A stretch of DNA of 64,000 bases from an uncultured Bacilli bacterium (GCA_934148015.1 CAKPCU010000002.1:30672-94671), one strand, 5' to 3'. Shown: positions 9,028-19,366, counted from the stretch's first letter. Numbers and translations: made by a program. Notes: generated by a model from the letters alone, not told the origin.

Positions 9028-9849
9028 CTATTCTTTTAATTTTTTATTTTCTTTTTCTAATTCTTTTAAACTTGTTTTGGGTGTGGGTAGATTTTCTGGC
9101 ATGGTTCCACCTAATCTTTTAATGCTACTCCTTATTTCTCTACCTACTTCATAATGAATAAAATGTGCTGTATATTCATTGTTTACGTTATCTCTTTTTA
9201 ATTTAGCGTCCGTTTGAGCAATTCTAAATATATTGTCAGCAAGTTCTTCACTCCCCATATTATCTAAGATGTCTTCTCTATATCTTAGTTTCTTTCTTTT
9301 GAAAATATCATCTGCTGTTTCACCATTATATAGTCCTTTATATCCTGCATTATGAAATTTTGCTAAATCTTTTACTCCACTATTAACTGCTGTTTTATTT
9401 AAACTTAAATTACCTTTTCTTGCTTGATTTCTTCGATATAATCTTTTCTCATCTTCAGTAAGTTCATTATATTCTTTTTCACTTAGTTCCTGTTTTCTCG
9501 TTTGAATAGCAAAATATGTTTGGCCTAGAGCTATTATTTCTTTCTTGGGATTACCATTCATTACAATTAAATAACAAGCATATCTAGATAATTTATAATC
9601 TATTACATTTCTTATTGCTCCTTTTGCTAGTTTTATCATTTTGCGTTGTACCGCAAAATGATCATCTACATTATATTTACTTTCTTGGCAGGCAACTTTA
9701 GCTCTTTTAATTAAATCATTTAGGCTTCTCCATTGGTGATATCCTAATACTGATTGTAATTCTCTAGCTAACCAATATTCATTACCAAATTCATCTACAT
9801 GTTTAATATATTCAAATACCTTTTCTGTATATTCTTTTATTTCATTCAT
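9028..9849 (-). CDS. DinD-like (DNA-damage-inducible protein D family) protein, copy A, intact
   Basis: MNEIKEYTEKVFEYIKHVDEFGNEYWLARELQSVLGY...YACYLIVMNGNP matches the DinD-type N-terminus. Start placed at MNEIKEY, as in copy B, after the RBS GAAAGGAAG. Confidence 0.7.
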   Translation of the reverse strand: MNEIKEYTEKVFEYIKHVDEFGNEYWLARELQSVLGYHQWRSLNDLIKRAKVACQESKYNVDDHFAVQRKMIKLAKGAIRNVIDYKLSRYACYLIVMNGNPKKEIIALGQTYFAIQTRKQELSEKEYNELTEDEKRLYRRNQARKGNLSLNKTAVNSGVKDLAKFHNAGYKGLYNGETADDIFKRKKLRYREDILDNMGSEELADNIFRIAQTDAKLKRDNVNNEYTAHFIHYEVGREIRSSIKRLGGTMPENLPTPKTSLKELEKENKKLKE

Positions 9850-9865
9850 TTTATCATCTTCCTTT

Positions 9866-11857
9866 CTATGGACTACAAGTCTCAATTTTTAATTTATTAT
9901 TTTTAATTTTAAATATAATACTTCCATCTTGATCTGTTCTATACATTTTTGAATTACTCAAATTATTTATTACTTCTTTATTTGGATGGCCATACCTATT
10001 ATTCTTTCCAACACTAATAATTGAATATTTAGGACTAATCTCATTTATAAAATCTTTACTACTACTTGTTTTACTTCCGTGATGTCCTACTTTGAGTACA
10101 TCGATATCTGATAGATTATATTCTTCTAAAATATCTTTTTCTTTATCTATTCCTGCATCTCCCATAAACATGAACTCATAACCATTAAGTTCTGTATATA
10201 TAACATTACCATTATCATTTTCATTATCATATTCTTTCGTATTTAGAAATTGTAGTTTATACTTATCTATATTTAATTCTTTAATGCACAAATAATATTT
10301 GATTTTTTTTCTATCTAAAACTTCAATTAATTCATTTTCTAAATTATTAAACTCACCACAATTTAATATAACCTTTGAAACTCTAATATTATTTATCAAA
10401 TTAACTGATTCTCCCATATGATCATAATCACCATGAGTTAAAATAAGTACATCTATTCTGTTTATTCCTTTAGAATTAAGATAAGGAATTATTTTATTCT
10501 TTGCAAGTGAATAATTACTGTTAAATAAACCACCTGTATCTATTAAAACTGTTTTACCATGCGGAAGTATAATTACACTAGAATCCCCTTGCCCAACATC
10601 TAAATAAGTAATAGTTTGATTAAAAATAAACAATTTACTATTTACATTAATTACAAATATTAAAAGATACAGCATTATATATTTCTTATTTTTATTTATA
10701 AAAAGATATAAGAAAGCGTAATATAAAATAATCATAAAAATATTAGGTTTAGAAATAACAACTGAAAACACTTTTACTTTATTTAAAAAGCCTATAGTAT
10801 AGTTAAAGAACTTAATTAAATTGTAAAAAGAATTATCCAAGAATTTGAACATAAATGTTAGCAAACTAAAAGGAAATATTATAATTGTTACTACAGGAAT
10901 ATAAATTAAATTATATATAATCGTAAGTAAATTCACTTTAAAATAATATAAAGCTAAAATTGGAACTGATGATAAAAAACTAATTAAACTAGTATAAACT
11001 AAATTTTTTCTTTTTACACTAAGTATAAAAAAGGTTATAGTAAAAGAAAAAATAAAACCAATATTATAAGCTAAATATGGATTAAAAAGTAATAATATAA
11101 AAAATACAAATATAAGTAAATAATTTTTTTTATAATTAAGAGAATATCTTTTATTTAAAAAACATGCTAATAAAAAGAAGACACATCTTATAAGTGATAT
11201 CGCATAATTAGTTAAAAATAACATAAATAGTAAAAATATAAACATAACTTTTTCTTTTAATTTTTTATTTTTAATTAATTTATTAAGCACTAATAAAAAG
11301 AAATTAATATGCATACCAGAAATAGCAAAAAGATGACTGATACCTAAATTTTTGTACCATTCTTTATAGTCTTTTTCTATCATACTTTGATCTGCTATAA
11401 TAAAAGCTTTTAAATAATTACTAGATTTATATTTATCTATATGTTTGATAAAATCATTTTTTATTCTGTATAAAATATTTTTATTCTTGCTAATTAAAAG
11501 GGCCTTTTCCTCTACTAACACATATTTTATGTTTAATGATAATAAATACTTGCGATAATTAAAAAGATTAAATACCGAATTATTTTTAGAAGTCTTAATA
11601 CTACCACATACTTTAACTTTATCTCCTAAGTAATATTTAAAATTATCATATGTAGTAACTCTATATTTATAATTATTTTTAATATCATAAACATATCTAT
11701 TATCATATTTAATTACATTAACTATCTTACCTTTAATACATCCATCTTTTATAAATTCTTCCTTTTTATCATTAATTAATAAATAAAATGTTTTAATTAA
11801 TGAGATAACACAAATTAAAATTAATACTATACTTAATTTCTTTTTATCAAACTTCAA
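9866..11857 (-). CDS. comEC: DNA internalisation competence protein ComEC/Rec2
   Basis: 663 aa with a polytopic competence domain and a C-terminal metallo-beta-lactamase domain (LTHGDYDHMG, HHGS). TTG start overlaps the end of comEA. Confidence 0.9.
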   Translation of the reverse strand: MKFDKKKLSIVLILICVISLIKTFYLLINDKKEEFIKDGCIKGKIVNVIKYDNRYVYDIKNNYKYRVTTYDNFKYYLGDKVKVCGSIKTSKNNSVFNLFNYRKYLLSLNIKYVLVEEKALLISKNKNILYRIKNDFIKHIDKYKSSNYLKAFIIADQSMIEKDYKEWYKNLGISHLFAISGMHINFFLLVLNKLIKNKKLKEKVMFIFLLFMLFLTNYAISLIRCVFFLLACFLNKRYSLNYKKNYLLIFVFFILLLFNPYLAYNIGFIFSFTITFFILSVKRKNLVYTSLISFLSSVPILALYYFKVNLLTIIYNLIYIPVVTIIIFPFSLLTFMFKFLDNSFYNLIKFFNYTIGFLNKVKVFSVVISKPNIFMIILYYAFLYLFINKNKKYIMLYLLIFVINVNSKLFIFNQTITYLDVGQGDSSVIILPHGKTVLIDTGGLFNSNYSLAKNKIIPYLNSKGINRIDVLILTHGDYDHMGESVNLINNIRVSKVILNCGEFNNLENELIEVLDRKKIKYYLCIKELNIDKYKLQFLNTKEYDNENDNGNVIYTELNGYEFMFMGDAGIDKEKDILEEYNLSDIDVLKVGHHGSKTSSSKDFINEISPKYSIISVGKNNRYGHPNKEVINNLSNSKMYRTDQDGSIIFKIKNNKLKIETCSP
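10356..10435. repeat. Partner of the 8141-8220 near-identical block, inside full-length comEC
   Basis: 79/80 identity to 8141-8220. Confidence 0.9.
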
Positions 11858-12563
11858 TATTATCCTTTATTTTATTAAATATACTCTCTCCAATGCCAGA
11901 TACATTTAATATGTCTTCTATTTTTTCAAAATATCCATTAGTATTTCTATAATCTATTATCTTTTTAGCCTTTGCTTCTCCTATTCCTTTCAAAGTCATA
12001 AGTTCTTCCAAACTAGCCGTATTAATTGATATTTTACCTTGAATAGAATTTGTCTTTTCTTCTTCATTTTTACTTTCTTTGGAAGCTTTTGTAGTAGAGG
12101 CATCTTTAGCATTATTACATGCTTTATTACCAGTATCTGGACATACACACTCTGTTGATACACATTTTAAAGTTTTATTATCACTACTATTATTATTTTT
12201 CATATAGTCTTCTATTTCTTTAGTAGTATAAATAATTAAATACATTTCATCTTCTACTTTTTTACTTAAATTTAAATTTTTAGTATAAGAATCATTAGTA
12301 AGCCCTCCAGCAAGTTTTATAACATCAGTAATTCGTTTTCCCTCTTCTATTTCATACACTCCAGGTGAATCAACAGCCCCTTTAATATCAACAAACACCG
12401 TACCATTATCCTTAGACTCTTTTTTATTAATAACAGACATTTTTTTATCACTTTCAGTTTGAATAGTATCTTCTCTATCAGTGGTAAAGCTAATAGTAAG
12501 CATTAATATTACTACAAAAATAAATATAAAATATTTCCAATACCTTCTTAAAAAATTAAACAT
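11847..12563 (-). CDS. comEA: ComEA-type DNA receptor (SLBB domain plus tandem helix-hairpin-helix)
   Basis: N-terminal TM helix, VDIKGAVDSPGVYE (SLBB), and INTASLEELMTLKGIGEAKAKKIIDYR...ILNVSGIGESIFNKI (HhH). Confidence 0.9.
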   Translation of the reverse strand: MFNFLRRYWKYFIFIFVVILMLTISFTTDREDTIQTESDKKMSVINKKESKDNGTVFVDIKGAVDSPGVYEIEEGKRITDVIKLAGGLTNDSYTKNLNLSKKVEDEMYLIIYTTKEIEDYMKNNNSSDNKTLKCVSTECVCPDTGNKACNNAKDASTTKASKESKNEEEKTNSIQGKISINTASLEELMTLKGIGEAKAKKIIDYRNTNGYFEKIEDILNVSGIGESIFNKIKDNIEV

Positions 12564-12623
12564 TTTTACCTCCTTCTAATCATATTATTATCTACTTAAT
12601 ATGTAAAACCCTCTTCTAAAATT

Positions 12624-12654
12624 AAAAAAAGTTAGAATTTTTTTGATTCTAACT
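12624..12654 (-). terminator. Rho-independent terminator after the SEDS gene
   Basis: Perfect 9-bp stem AGTTAGAAT/ATTCTAACT with a T-run on the minus strand. Confidence 0.8.
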
Positions 12655-12695
12655 TAAAAAAATATTATTTAAACTTTTGCTTTTTCTTATATGTA

Positions 12696-13844
12696 TTATC
12701 TAACCAAATGCTTTTGTTCAAACATCTTATTTTCAACAGCTACTCTTTGAACTAGTCCTAAACAAATTAACAAATTAATCATAAATGATCCACCATACGT
12801 ATAAAAAGGAAGTGGAACACCAGTTAGTGGTATAACACCTAATACACCACCTAAATTAATTAATATATGAAGACTAATTAAAGAAGCTACTCCATAACAT
12901 ATTATAGTTCCAAATAAATTATAAGATCTTCTACCAATTCTTATAATTCTCCATATTATAATAAAATAAGCCGCTAACATTAATATACCTGATACTAATC
13001 CCATTTCTTCTATAATTATTGCAAAGATAAAATCAGTATGTGCTTCTGGTAAATATAAGAACTTCTGCTTACTATTACCATAACCACTACCAAGTAAGCC
13101 ACCTGTATTTATTGCAATATAACCATTACATACTTGATAACCAGTTTTTTGTCTATACCTAGTACAAGGATCTTTATAATTAAATCTACTTTTTTGACTA
13201 TCACTTAATCCTTTACCAGTTAAAAGCATTACAACTACTAAAATCAAAACTGAAATAACAGCAGATGATGTCATAACAAGTTTTGTCTTAGAATCATATG
13301 GAACAATTAAGAATATAACAACAGTTATTCCCATTATAACCATCATTGTACCAAAGTCAGGTTGTTTAAATACTAACAATATAAATATAAGTGGTACTAT
13401 ATATGGTAAAACTTTCATTGTATTACTTATGTTCCTTATCTTAATTAAATAAGAATATATAAAAGCAAAGTATAAAATAAGTACTGTCTTAGCAAACTCA
13501 CTAGGCTGAATACCAAAACTTCCTATAAAAAGCCAACCTTTAACACCATTACTAACATTATCATTAACAAGTACATATGCTAATAAACCGATTATTCCTA
13601 CAACAGATAAATAAACTAAATTTTTCCATCTTTTAAGTGGAACACTTATAATAATTCCAGCACAAAAAAGACCTATACATATAAATATCAATTGTCTTTT
13701 AAAGAAATAATAGCTATCTTGATACTTCATATATGCTTTTAGAGAAGATGCACTTCCTACCATCATAAGACCAAATACTAAACATATAAAGCTAATAATT
13801 AAAAGTGGTTTATCTATTTTATTAAGTACTCTTTTATTAAACAT
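12696..13844 (-). CDS. SEDS-family peptidoglycan polymerase (FtsW/RodA)
   Basis: About ten TM segments with QPSEFAK and QPDFGT motifs. Start moved to MFNKRVL, which follows a GGAG RBS. Confidence 0.9.
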   Translation of the reverse strand: MFNKRVLNKIDKPLLIISFICLVFGLMMVGSASSLKAYMKYQDSYYFFKRQLIFICIGLFCAGIIISVPLKRWKNLVYLSVVGIIGLLAYVLVNDNVSNGVKGWLFIGSFGIQPSEFAKTVLILYFAFIYSYLIKIRNISNTMKVLPYIVPLIFILLVFKQPDFGTMMVIMGITVVIFLIVPYDSKTKLVMTSSAVISVLILVVVMLLTGKGLSDSQKSRFNYKDPCTRYRQKTGYQVCNGYIAINTGGLLGSGYGNSKQKFLYLPEAHTDFIFAIIIEEMGLVSGILMLAAYFIIIWRIIRIGRRSYNLFGTIICYGVASLISLHILINLGGVLGVIPLTGVPLPFYTYGGSFMINLLICLGLVQRVAVENKMFEQKHLVR

Positions 13845-13972
13845 TTTTAATCTCCTAACATATATATAATACCACATCTTTTTTAAATTTTTAATACCTA
13901 GGTATTTTGTATAACACTTTGTTTACATTTAGAGTAAACTATAGTAGGTAATTATAAAGGAGGGATATTAGT

Positions 13973-14143
13973 ATGTATTATTATGGTTACCAAGGTGGTT
14001 ACGGATATAACTCTCCATGTTCAGGTGGTGCTTATGCTTATCCATCATATGGAAACAATAGTGGATATGGTGCTGCTATAATACTAGTTCTATTTATTTT
14101 ACTTGTTATAGTAATTGGTGCTAGATGGATAGGAAATAATTAA
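13973..14143 (+). CDS. YjcZ-like Gly/Tyr-rich small membrane protein
   Basis: Not in the ORF track. Translation: MYYYGYQGGYGYNSPCSGGAYAYPSYGNNSGYGAAIILVLFILLVIVIGARWIGNN. RBS is AAAGGAGGG. Confidence 0.6.
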   Translation: MYYYGYQGGYGYNSPCSGGAYAYPSYGNNSGYGAAIILVLFILLVIVIGARWIGNN

Positions 14144-14245
14144 AGACTACTTACTTAAGGAAGCATTTATTTGCTTTCTTTTCTTTTTCATTTTACTTTC
14201 TTATTAATTTATGATAGAATACATTTAAGTTTGGGGATGTATTAT

Positions 14246-14794
14246 ATGTTTAAGAAGTTAAAAATACTAGATGAAAAAGATAAAAGATTAAGAACTAAAA
14301 GTGAAAATGTAGTTTTTCCTATATCGAAAGAAGAAAAAGAAACCATAAAAATAGCTATGGATAACTTAAGATATAGTCAAATAGAAAAGTACGCTAAAAA
14401 GTATAACTTAAGAGCTGGTTGGGGACTTTCTGCTGTACAAATTGGTATATTAAAAAGATGGTTTATAATAGTAGAAGAACAAGATGATGGTTCATTTAAA
14501 GAATACTTTTTTGCTAATCCTAAAATAATTAGTAATTCACAAGAGAAAATATATGTTGAACAAGGAGAAGGATGCTTAAGTGTTAATCGTGATGTTCCTG
14601 GTATAATACCTAGATATGCAAGAGTAACAGTTGAAGCTTATGATATGAATGGTAATAAATTCACTTTAAGAGTAAGAGAAGATTTAGCTATATGTGTACA
14701 ACACGAATTAGATCACTTAGAGGGTATATTATTTGTTGATAGAATTGATAAAAAAAATCCTTTTAAAGACAAAGATAAATATAGATCAATATAA
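14246..14794 (+). CDS. def: Peptide deformylase
   Basis: Motifs GWGLSAVQIG, EGCLSV and QHELDHLEG. The ORF-track start at 14171 is an upstream extension. ATGs at 14237 or 14246 are plausible starts. Confidence 0.9.
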   Translation: MFKKLKILDEKDKRLRTKSENVVFPISKEEKETIKIAMDNLRYSQIEKYAKKYNLRAGWGLSAVQIGILKRWFIIVEEQDDGSFKEYFFANPKIISNSQEKIYVEQGEGCLSVNRDVPGIIPRYARVTVEAYDMNGNKFTLRVREDLAICVQHELDHLEGILFVDRIDKKNPFKDKDKYRSI

Positions 14795-14828
14795 AAACAT
14801 TTAAGTTATGAAACCTAAATGTTTTTTT
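14795..14828 (+). terminator. Rho-independent terminator after def
   Basis: AAACATTTA, a 12 nt loop, TAAATGTTT, then TTTT. Confidence 0.7.
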
Positions 14829-14831
14829 GTT

Positions 14832-15221
14832 TTATACTTTAGTTGGCACTAAATAATTAAAATAAGGAATATTTCTTAAAATCATATATATAAATAAAAC
14901 TATAATGATAACAATTAATATCTTAGTATTAAGAAATATTACTATTCCTTTAAATATATAATTATAAATTAATAATATTAAATATATAAAAAGCATAATA
15001 CTTAGAATAAACACTCCTGGATTATATCTAAAACTTTGATAAAAATCTAATTTTATCAAAGACTTAATCATTCTAGTTGTACCACAACCTGCACAGTAAA
15101 AATTAAACAGATACTTAAATAAACATCTAAAGTGTATTAAATCAAGTATTTTAATAGAAAGTAAAATAACTAATATAACTAAAGCAGTTATTAATATAAC
15201 TTTAAATAATCTTTTTTTCAT
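14832..15221 (-). CDS. DUF2752-like membrane protein
   Basis: The motif CLFKYLFNFYCAGCGTTRM is followed by TM helices. Start moved to MKKRLFK. Confidence 0.65.
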   Translation of the reverse strand: MKKRLFKVILITALVILVILLSIKILDLIHFRCLFKYLFNFYCAGCGTTRMIKSLIKLDFYQSFRYNPGVFILSIMLFIYLILLIYNYIFKGIVIFLNTKILIVIIIVLFIYMILRNIPYFNYLVPTKV

Positions 15222-15222
15222 A

Positions 15223-15657
15223 TTATAAAAACATGAACATAGTTTCAAATGGTAAAGTAAAATCTATGTTATTATTAGCATTATCAACTACATTAAAGAT
15301 AACACCTAAATAATATAATATAATCCATAATACAAGCATACACGCACTTATTATGATACCTGCTATTGCAAGTGATTTACCATCATTATTATACTTCTTT
15401 GATTCACATAATCCTATAATAGAAAACACTAATCCTATCCAAGATGATGCACCGCAACATAAAAGTGATACTAAAGATATTACAAATCCTGCTATTGCAA
15501 GACCATTTTTCTTAACCTTGTCACTTTTAACATTACTTTTATCATTAACTACACTTTCTTTTTCATTAGAATTATTTTTATTACTAAAATCACATTTACA
15601 ATTAGGACAAATCATATTTTCATCTAATGCATTACCACAATTTGAACAATATTTCAT
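15223..15657 (-). CDS. Zinc-ribbon plus DUF4190-like membrane protein
   Basis: N-terminal CSNCG...CPNCKC followed by two TM helices. Confidence 0.65.
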   Translation of the reverse strand: MKYCSNCGNALDENMICPNCKCDFSNKNNSNEKESVVNDKSNVKSDKVKKNGLAIAGFVISLVSLLCCGASSWIGLVFSIIGLCESKKYNNDGKSLAIAGIIISACMLVLWIILYYLGVIFNVVDNANNNIDFTLPFETMFMFL

Positions 15658-15658
15658 A

Positions 15659-18631
15659 CTAATTACCTCCGTTTATATTATCTTTATTATCAATATCCTC
15701 TAGTTTAACACTAACTAATTTAGACACACCAGACTCTTGCATAGTTATTCCATATAAACAATCTGCATATTCCATTGTCTTCTTTTTATGTGTAATTACT
15801 ATAAACTGAGTCTTTTTCTTAAATTCATTTAAAAACTTACCAAAATTATCAACATTTACTTCATCAAGTGCTGCCTCAACCTCATCTAATACACAAAATG
15901 GAACTGGTCTTACTTCTAATATTGCAAATAAAAGTGCTATTGCAGTTAATGTTTTTTCACCACCTGATAAAAGTGATATATGCTTAAGTGTTTTACCTGG
16001 TGGAAGAGCTTTTATATCAATACCAGTTTTTAATATATCATCTGGATCAGTTAATGAAAGTTCTGCATTACCACCACCAAATAATTTTTTAAATACTTCT
16101 TTAAATTTTTCTTTTATTTCATTAAATGTATTAATAAATTTTTCTTTCATAATATCATCTAATTCTTTAATTATTTCAAGTATTGTATCCTCAGCCTTTT
16201 CTAAATCATTTCTCTGATTAGTTAAAAATTCATGTCTTGTCTTTACTCTTTCATACTCTTCTATAGCCCCTAGATTAACTTCTCCTAGCCTTTTTATTTC
16301 AGCCCTACATTTATCAACAATCTGCCTAGCTTCTTTTTTATCCATATCTAAAAAGTAATTTTCTTTAGCTTTTTCATAAGTTATAGAATAGTCTTCAGTT
16401 AAAGTATTAAGTAAATTATCAAGCATTACATCTAATCTATTTACCTTTATTTCTAAATCTTTTAACTCATCTTTTTTCTTGTAATATAAAGAGTTATTTA
16501 ACCTAGACTCTTTTTCCATGTCTTCTATAGTTTCATTATTACTATTAATAATAGCTTTAATATTATTAACATTTAATTCTAAACTTTGTCTTTGTCTTTC
16601 TTTTTCATAGAACTCTTCTACTATCTTTTCTTCTTCTTTAGATAAAGTATTATTAATTAAACCTTTTATATTATTTACTTCTTCTTTTAAATTATCTAAT
16701 TCTTTTTCTAAAGAACTTTTCTTAAGCAATTCATAATTATAACTTGCTTCTAGCTTAGTTTTTTCATCTAGAGTTTTATTTTTTAAATTATCATAAACTT
16801 TATATTTATTATCTTCTATGTTTATCTTTTCTTCTTTTTCTTTTCTTTTTTCTTGAAGTTTTCTAAGAAGTTCACAGTTATAATTTAAGTCGTGTTTTTG
16901 TGTTATTATGTTTGTTTGATTTTTTATTACACCACCTGTTATAGCTCCTCCAGTATGAACTAGTTCTCCATCTAATGATACTACTTTATATCTATATGAT
17001 ATTTTTCTTGCAATAGAATTTGCACTATCTAAATCTTTTACTATAATAGTTGTACCTAGCCTATTTTTAATTATTCTATCATAAGTAGATTCATATCTAA
17101 CTAAGTTAGATGCAACATCAATAAAATCATTTTCTAATCTTAATATTCTAAGTGTTTCATTATCTATGTATCCTTCTTTAATTATATTAATAGGAAAAAA
17201 TGTTGCTCTTCCAAATTTATTTATTTTAAGATAATTAACCGCATCTTTAGCAGCTAATTCATCTGTTGTAACTATATAAGAAGATGCAGATGCTAAAGCT
17301 GTTGAAATAGCTGTAGCATAAAGGTCATCAACTTCAATTAATGATGCAATAGTTCCATGAATACCAGTAAGTTTTGGATTATCTAAAACACATTTAACAG
17401 CATATGGTAAACTAGAATTATTCTCTATAGAAGTCTTTAACATTTCTATTTTATACTTTGTTTCATTTTCTAATCTATTTTGAGTTAACATGTCATTTTC
17501 TAGAGCATCATGTATTTCTTTTAGTTTATTAAACTTAAAGATTATATCATCATAAGTTAAATTAACTTCATCTAATTTTTTCTTAATCATTGATATATTA
17601 TTATTACTTGCAAATATTTCATTTTCTTTTCTTAAAATATTTTCTTTTATATTAACTAAATTATCATGTACTTTCGTATCACTTGCATTATACTTTTGTC
17701 TTTCTGTAATAAGATTTTTTTTACCCTTTAATTCTTCAGCTTCTTTTGTTATAGCATTTAACTTATTTTGCATTTCAAATAATTCTTCATTATTTTTAGT
17801 TTGCTCTAATTTTAATTTTTGACTATTAGCCAAAAAAGTAGAATTATCAGTTTCCATTAAAGTAAGTTCATTAGTTAAATTAGATACTTTCATTTTATTT
17901 TCCTGATACTCAGTATTCATACTTTCTACTTCACTAACTATTAACGATACTTCAATTGAGTCTAATTTTTCTTTGTTTTCTAAATATTTTTTAGCATTAT
18001 CACTTTGTTTTTCAAGAGGTTTTAAGTTAGATTCTATTTCTAAAATAATATCATTTATTCTAGTCATATTATCATGAGTTCTATCTAGTTTTCTTAACGC
18101 TTCATCTTTTCTTTTTCTATATTTTAATACGTTAGAAGCTGATTCAAATATAATTCTTCTATCCTCTGGTTTATTAGATAATATTGCACCTATATCACCT
18201 TGTGAAATAATATTAAATGATTCTTTATTTACACCAGTATCAACAAGTAAATCTTGTATATCTTTAAGTCTACATTTTTCATTATTTAAATAATATTCAT
18301 TTTCTCCAGTTTTATATATACATCTTTTAATTTGCACTTCAGAATAATCTATTGGTAAATATTTATCAGTGTTATCAAAAATTAATGTAACACTTGCAAG
18401 ATTAGCTGCTTTTCTTGATTTACTACCAGAAAATATTACATCACTCATAGCACCTTCACCACGTAATTGTTTAACTGATTGTTCACCAAGTACCCATCTT
18501 ATAGCATCTACTATATTACTTTTACCAGAACCATTAGGTCCTACTATACCAGATATACCACTTGTTAAATTAATTGTAATTTTATCTGCAAAAGATTTAA
18601 AACCAGAAGTTCTAATTTCCTTTAAATACAT
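15659..18631 (-). CDS. smc: Chromosome segregation protein SMC
   Basis: GPNGSGKSN Walker A, long coiled coils, a hinge, LSGGEKT and VLDEVEAALD. ATG at 18631 follows a GGTGA RBS. The ORF-track GTG at 18640 is possible. Confidence 0.95.
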   Translation of the reverse strand: MYLKEIRTSGFKSFADKITINLTSGISGIVGPNGSGKSNIVDAIRWVLGEQSVKQLRGEGAMSDVIFSGSKSRKAANLASVTLIFDNTDKYLPIDYSEVQIKRCIYKTGENEYYLNNEKCRLKDIQDLLVDTGVNKESFNIISQGDIGAILSNKPEDRRIIFESASNVLKYRKRKDEALRKLDRTHDNMTRINDIILEIESNLKPLEKQSDNAKKYLENKEKLDSIEVSLIVSEVESMNTEYQENKMKVSNLTNELTLMETDNSTFLANSQKLKLEQTKNNEELFEMQNKLNAITKEAEELKGKKNLITERQKYNASDTKVHDNLVNIKENILRKENEIFASNNNISMIKKKLDEVNLTYDDIIFKFNKLKEIHDALENDMLTQNRLENETKYKIEMLKTSIENNSSLPYAVKCVLDNPKLTGIHGTIASLIEVDDLYATAISTALASASSYIVTTDELAAKDAVNYLKINKFGRATFFPINIIKEGYIDNETLRILRLENDFIDVASNLVRYESTYDRIIKNRLGTTIIVKDLDSANSIARKISYRYKVVSLDGELVHTGGAITGGVIKNQTNIITQKHDLNYNCELLRKLQEKRKEKEEKINIEDNKYKVYDNLKNKTLDEKTKLEASYNYELLKKSSLEKELDNLKEEVNNIKGLINNTLSKEEEKIVEEFYEKERQRQSLELNVNNIKAIINSNNETIEDMEKESRLNNSLYYKKKDELKDLEIKVNRLDVMLDNLLNTLTEDYSITYEKAKENYFLDMDKKEARQIVDKCRAEIKRLGEVNLGAIEEYERVKTRHEFLTNQRNDLEKAEDTILEIIKELDDIMKEKFINTFNEIKEKFKEVFKKLFGGGNAELSLTDPDDILKTGIDIKALPPGKTLKHISLLSGGEKTLTAIALLFAILEVRPVPFCVLDEVEAALDEVNVDNFGKFLNEFKKKTQFIVITHKKKTMEYADCLYGITMQESGVSKLVSVKLEDIDNKDNINGGN

Positions 18632-18649
18632 ATATTTCACCTACTATAC

Positions 18650-19315
18650 TTATAATTTGGCTTGTTTTCTTAAAGCATCATGTGCAGCATGTTGTTCTGC
18701 TTCTTTTTTGCTCTTAGCATTTCCACTACCTAAAATAATACCATCTACTATTACATTAACATAAAACGTTCTATCATGAGATGGACCATCTTCTTTTGAT
18801 AATTCATAGTGAACAGATTTTTTAGTTGTCTGAACAAGTTCTTGAAGTTTAGACTTATAATCCATAAAAAATATTTCTGGTTTATCTTTTATAAAAGGTA
18901 TAACTATCTCATATACTATTTGTCTAGCTTTAATATATCCTTGATCTAGATATACTGCTCCTAAAAACGATTCAAACATATCAGCAAGTGTTGCTTTTCT
19001 ATATCTTCCACCACTTTTTTCTTCTCCTTTTCCTATCTTTACATATTTTGGAAAATCAAGAAGCATAGCATACTCATATAAAGCATTTTCACAAACATAC
19101 ATTGATCTTATCTTAGTCATCTTACCTTCTTCATAATTAGTAGTATTATAAAGATAATCACTCATAATTAAATCAAGCACTTTATCACCTAAAAACTCTA
19201 ATCTTTGATAATCTTCTTTTAAATTATGCTCATTACAATATGATGAATGTGAAAATGCTGTATCATAAATATGCATATTATCAGTTTTAATATCAAATCT
19301 ATCTAATAGTTCCAT
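18650..19315 (-). CDS. rnc: Ribonuclease III
   Basis: QRLEFLGDKVLD signature and a C-terminal dsRBD (DGPSHDRTF...GNAKSKKEAEQHAA). Confidence 0.95.
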   Translation of the reverse strand: MELLDRFDIKTDNMHIYDTAFSHSSYCNEHNLKEDYQRLEFLGDKVLDLIMSDYLYNTTNYEEGKMTKIRSMYVCENALYEYAMLLDFPKYVKIGKGEEKSGGRYRKATLADMFESFLGAVYLDQGYIKARQIVYEIVIPFIKDKPEIFFMDYKSKLQELVQTTKKSVHYELSKEDGPSHDRTFYVNVIVDGIILGSGNAKSKKEAEQHAAHDALRKQAKL

Positions 19316-19366
19316 AATTATACCACCCAAACAAATTATAACAAAAAAACTAGAGTAAATCTAGCT

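Noticed and set aside
4300-10436. Calling the comEC-downstream region an integrative mobile element or prophage remnant
   Set aside because: There is no integrase, transposase, phage structural gene or terminal inverted repeat in the region. Only the duplication footprint is reported.
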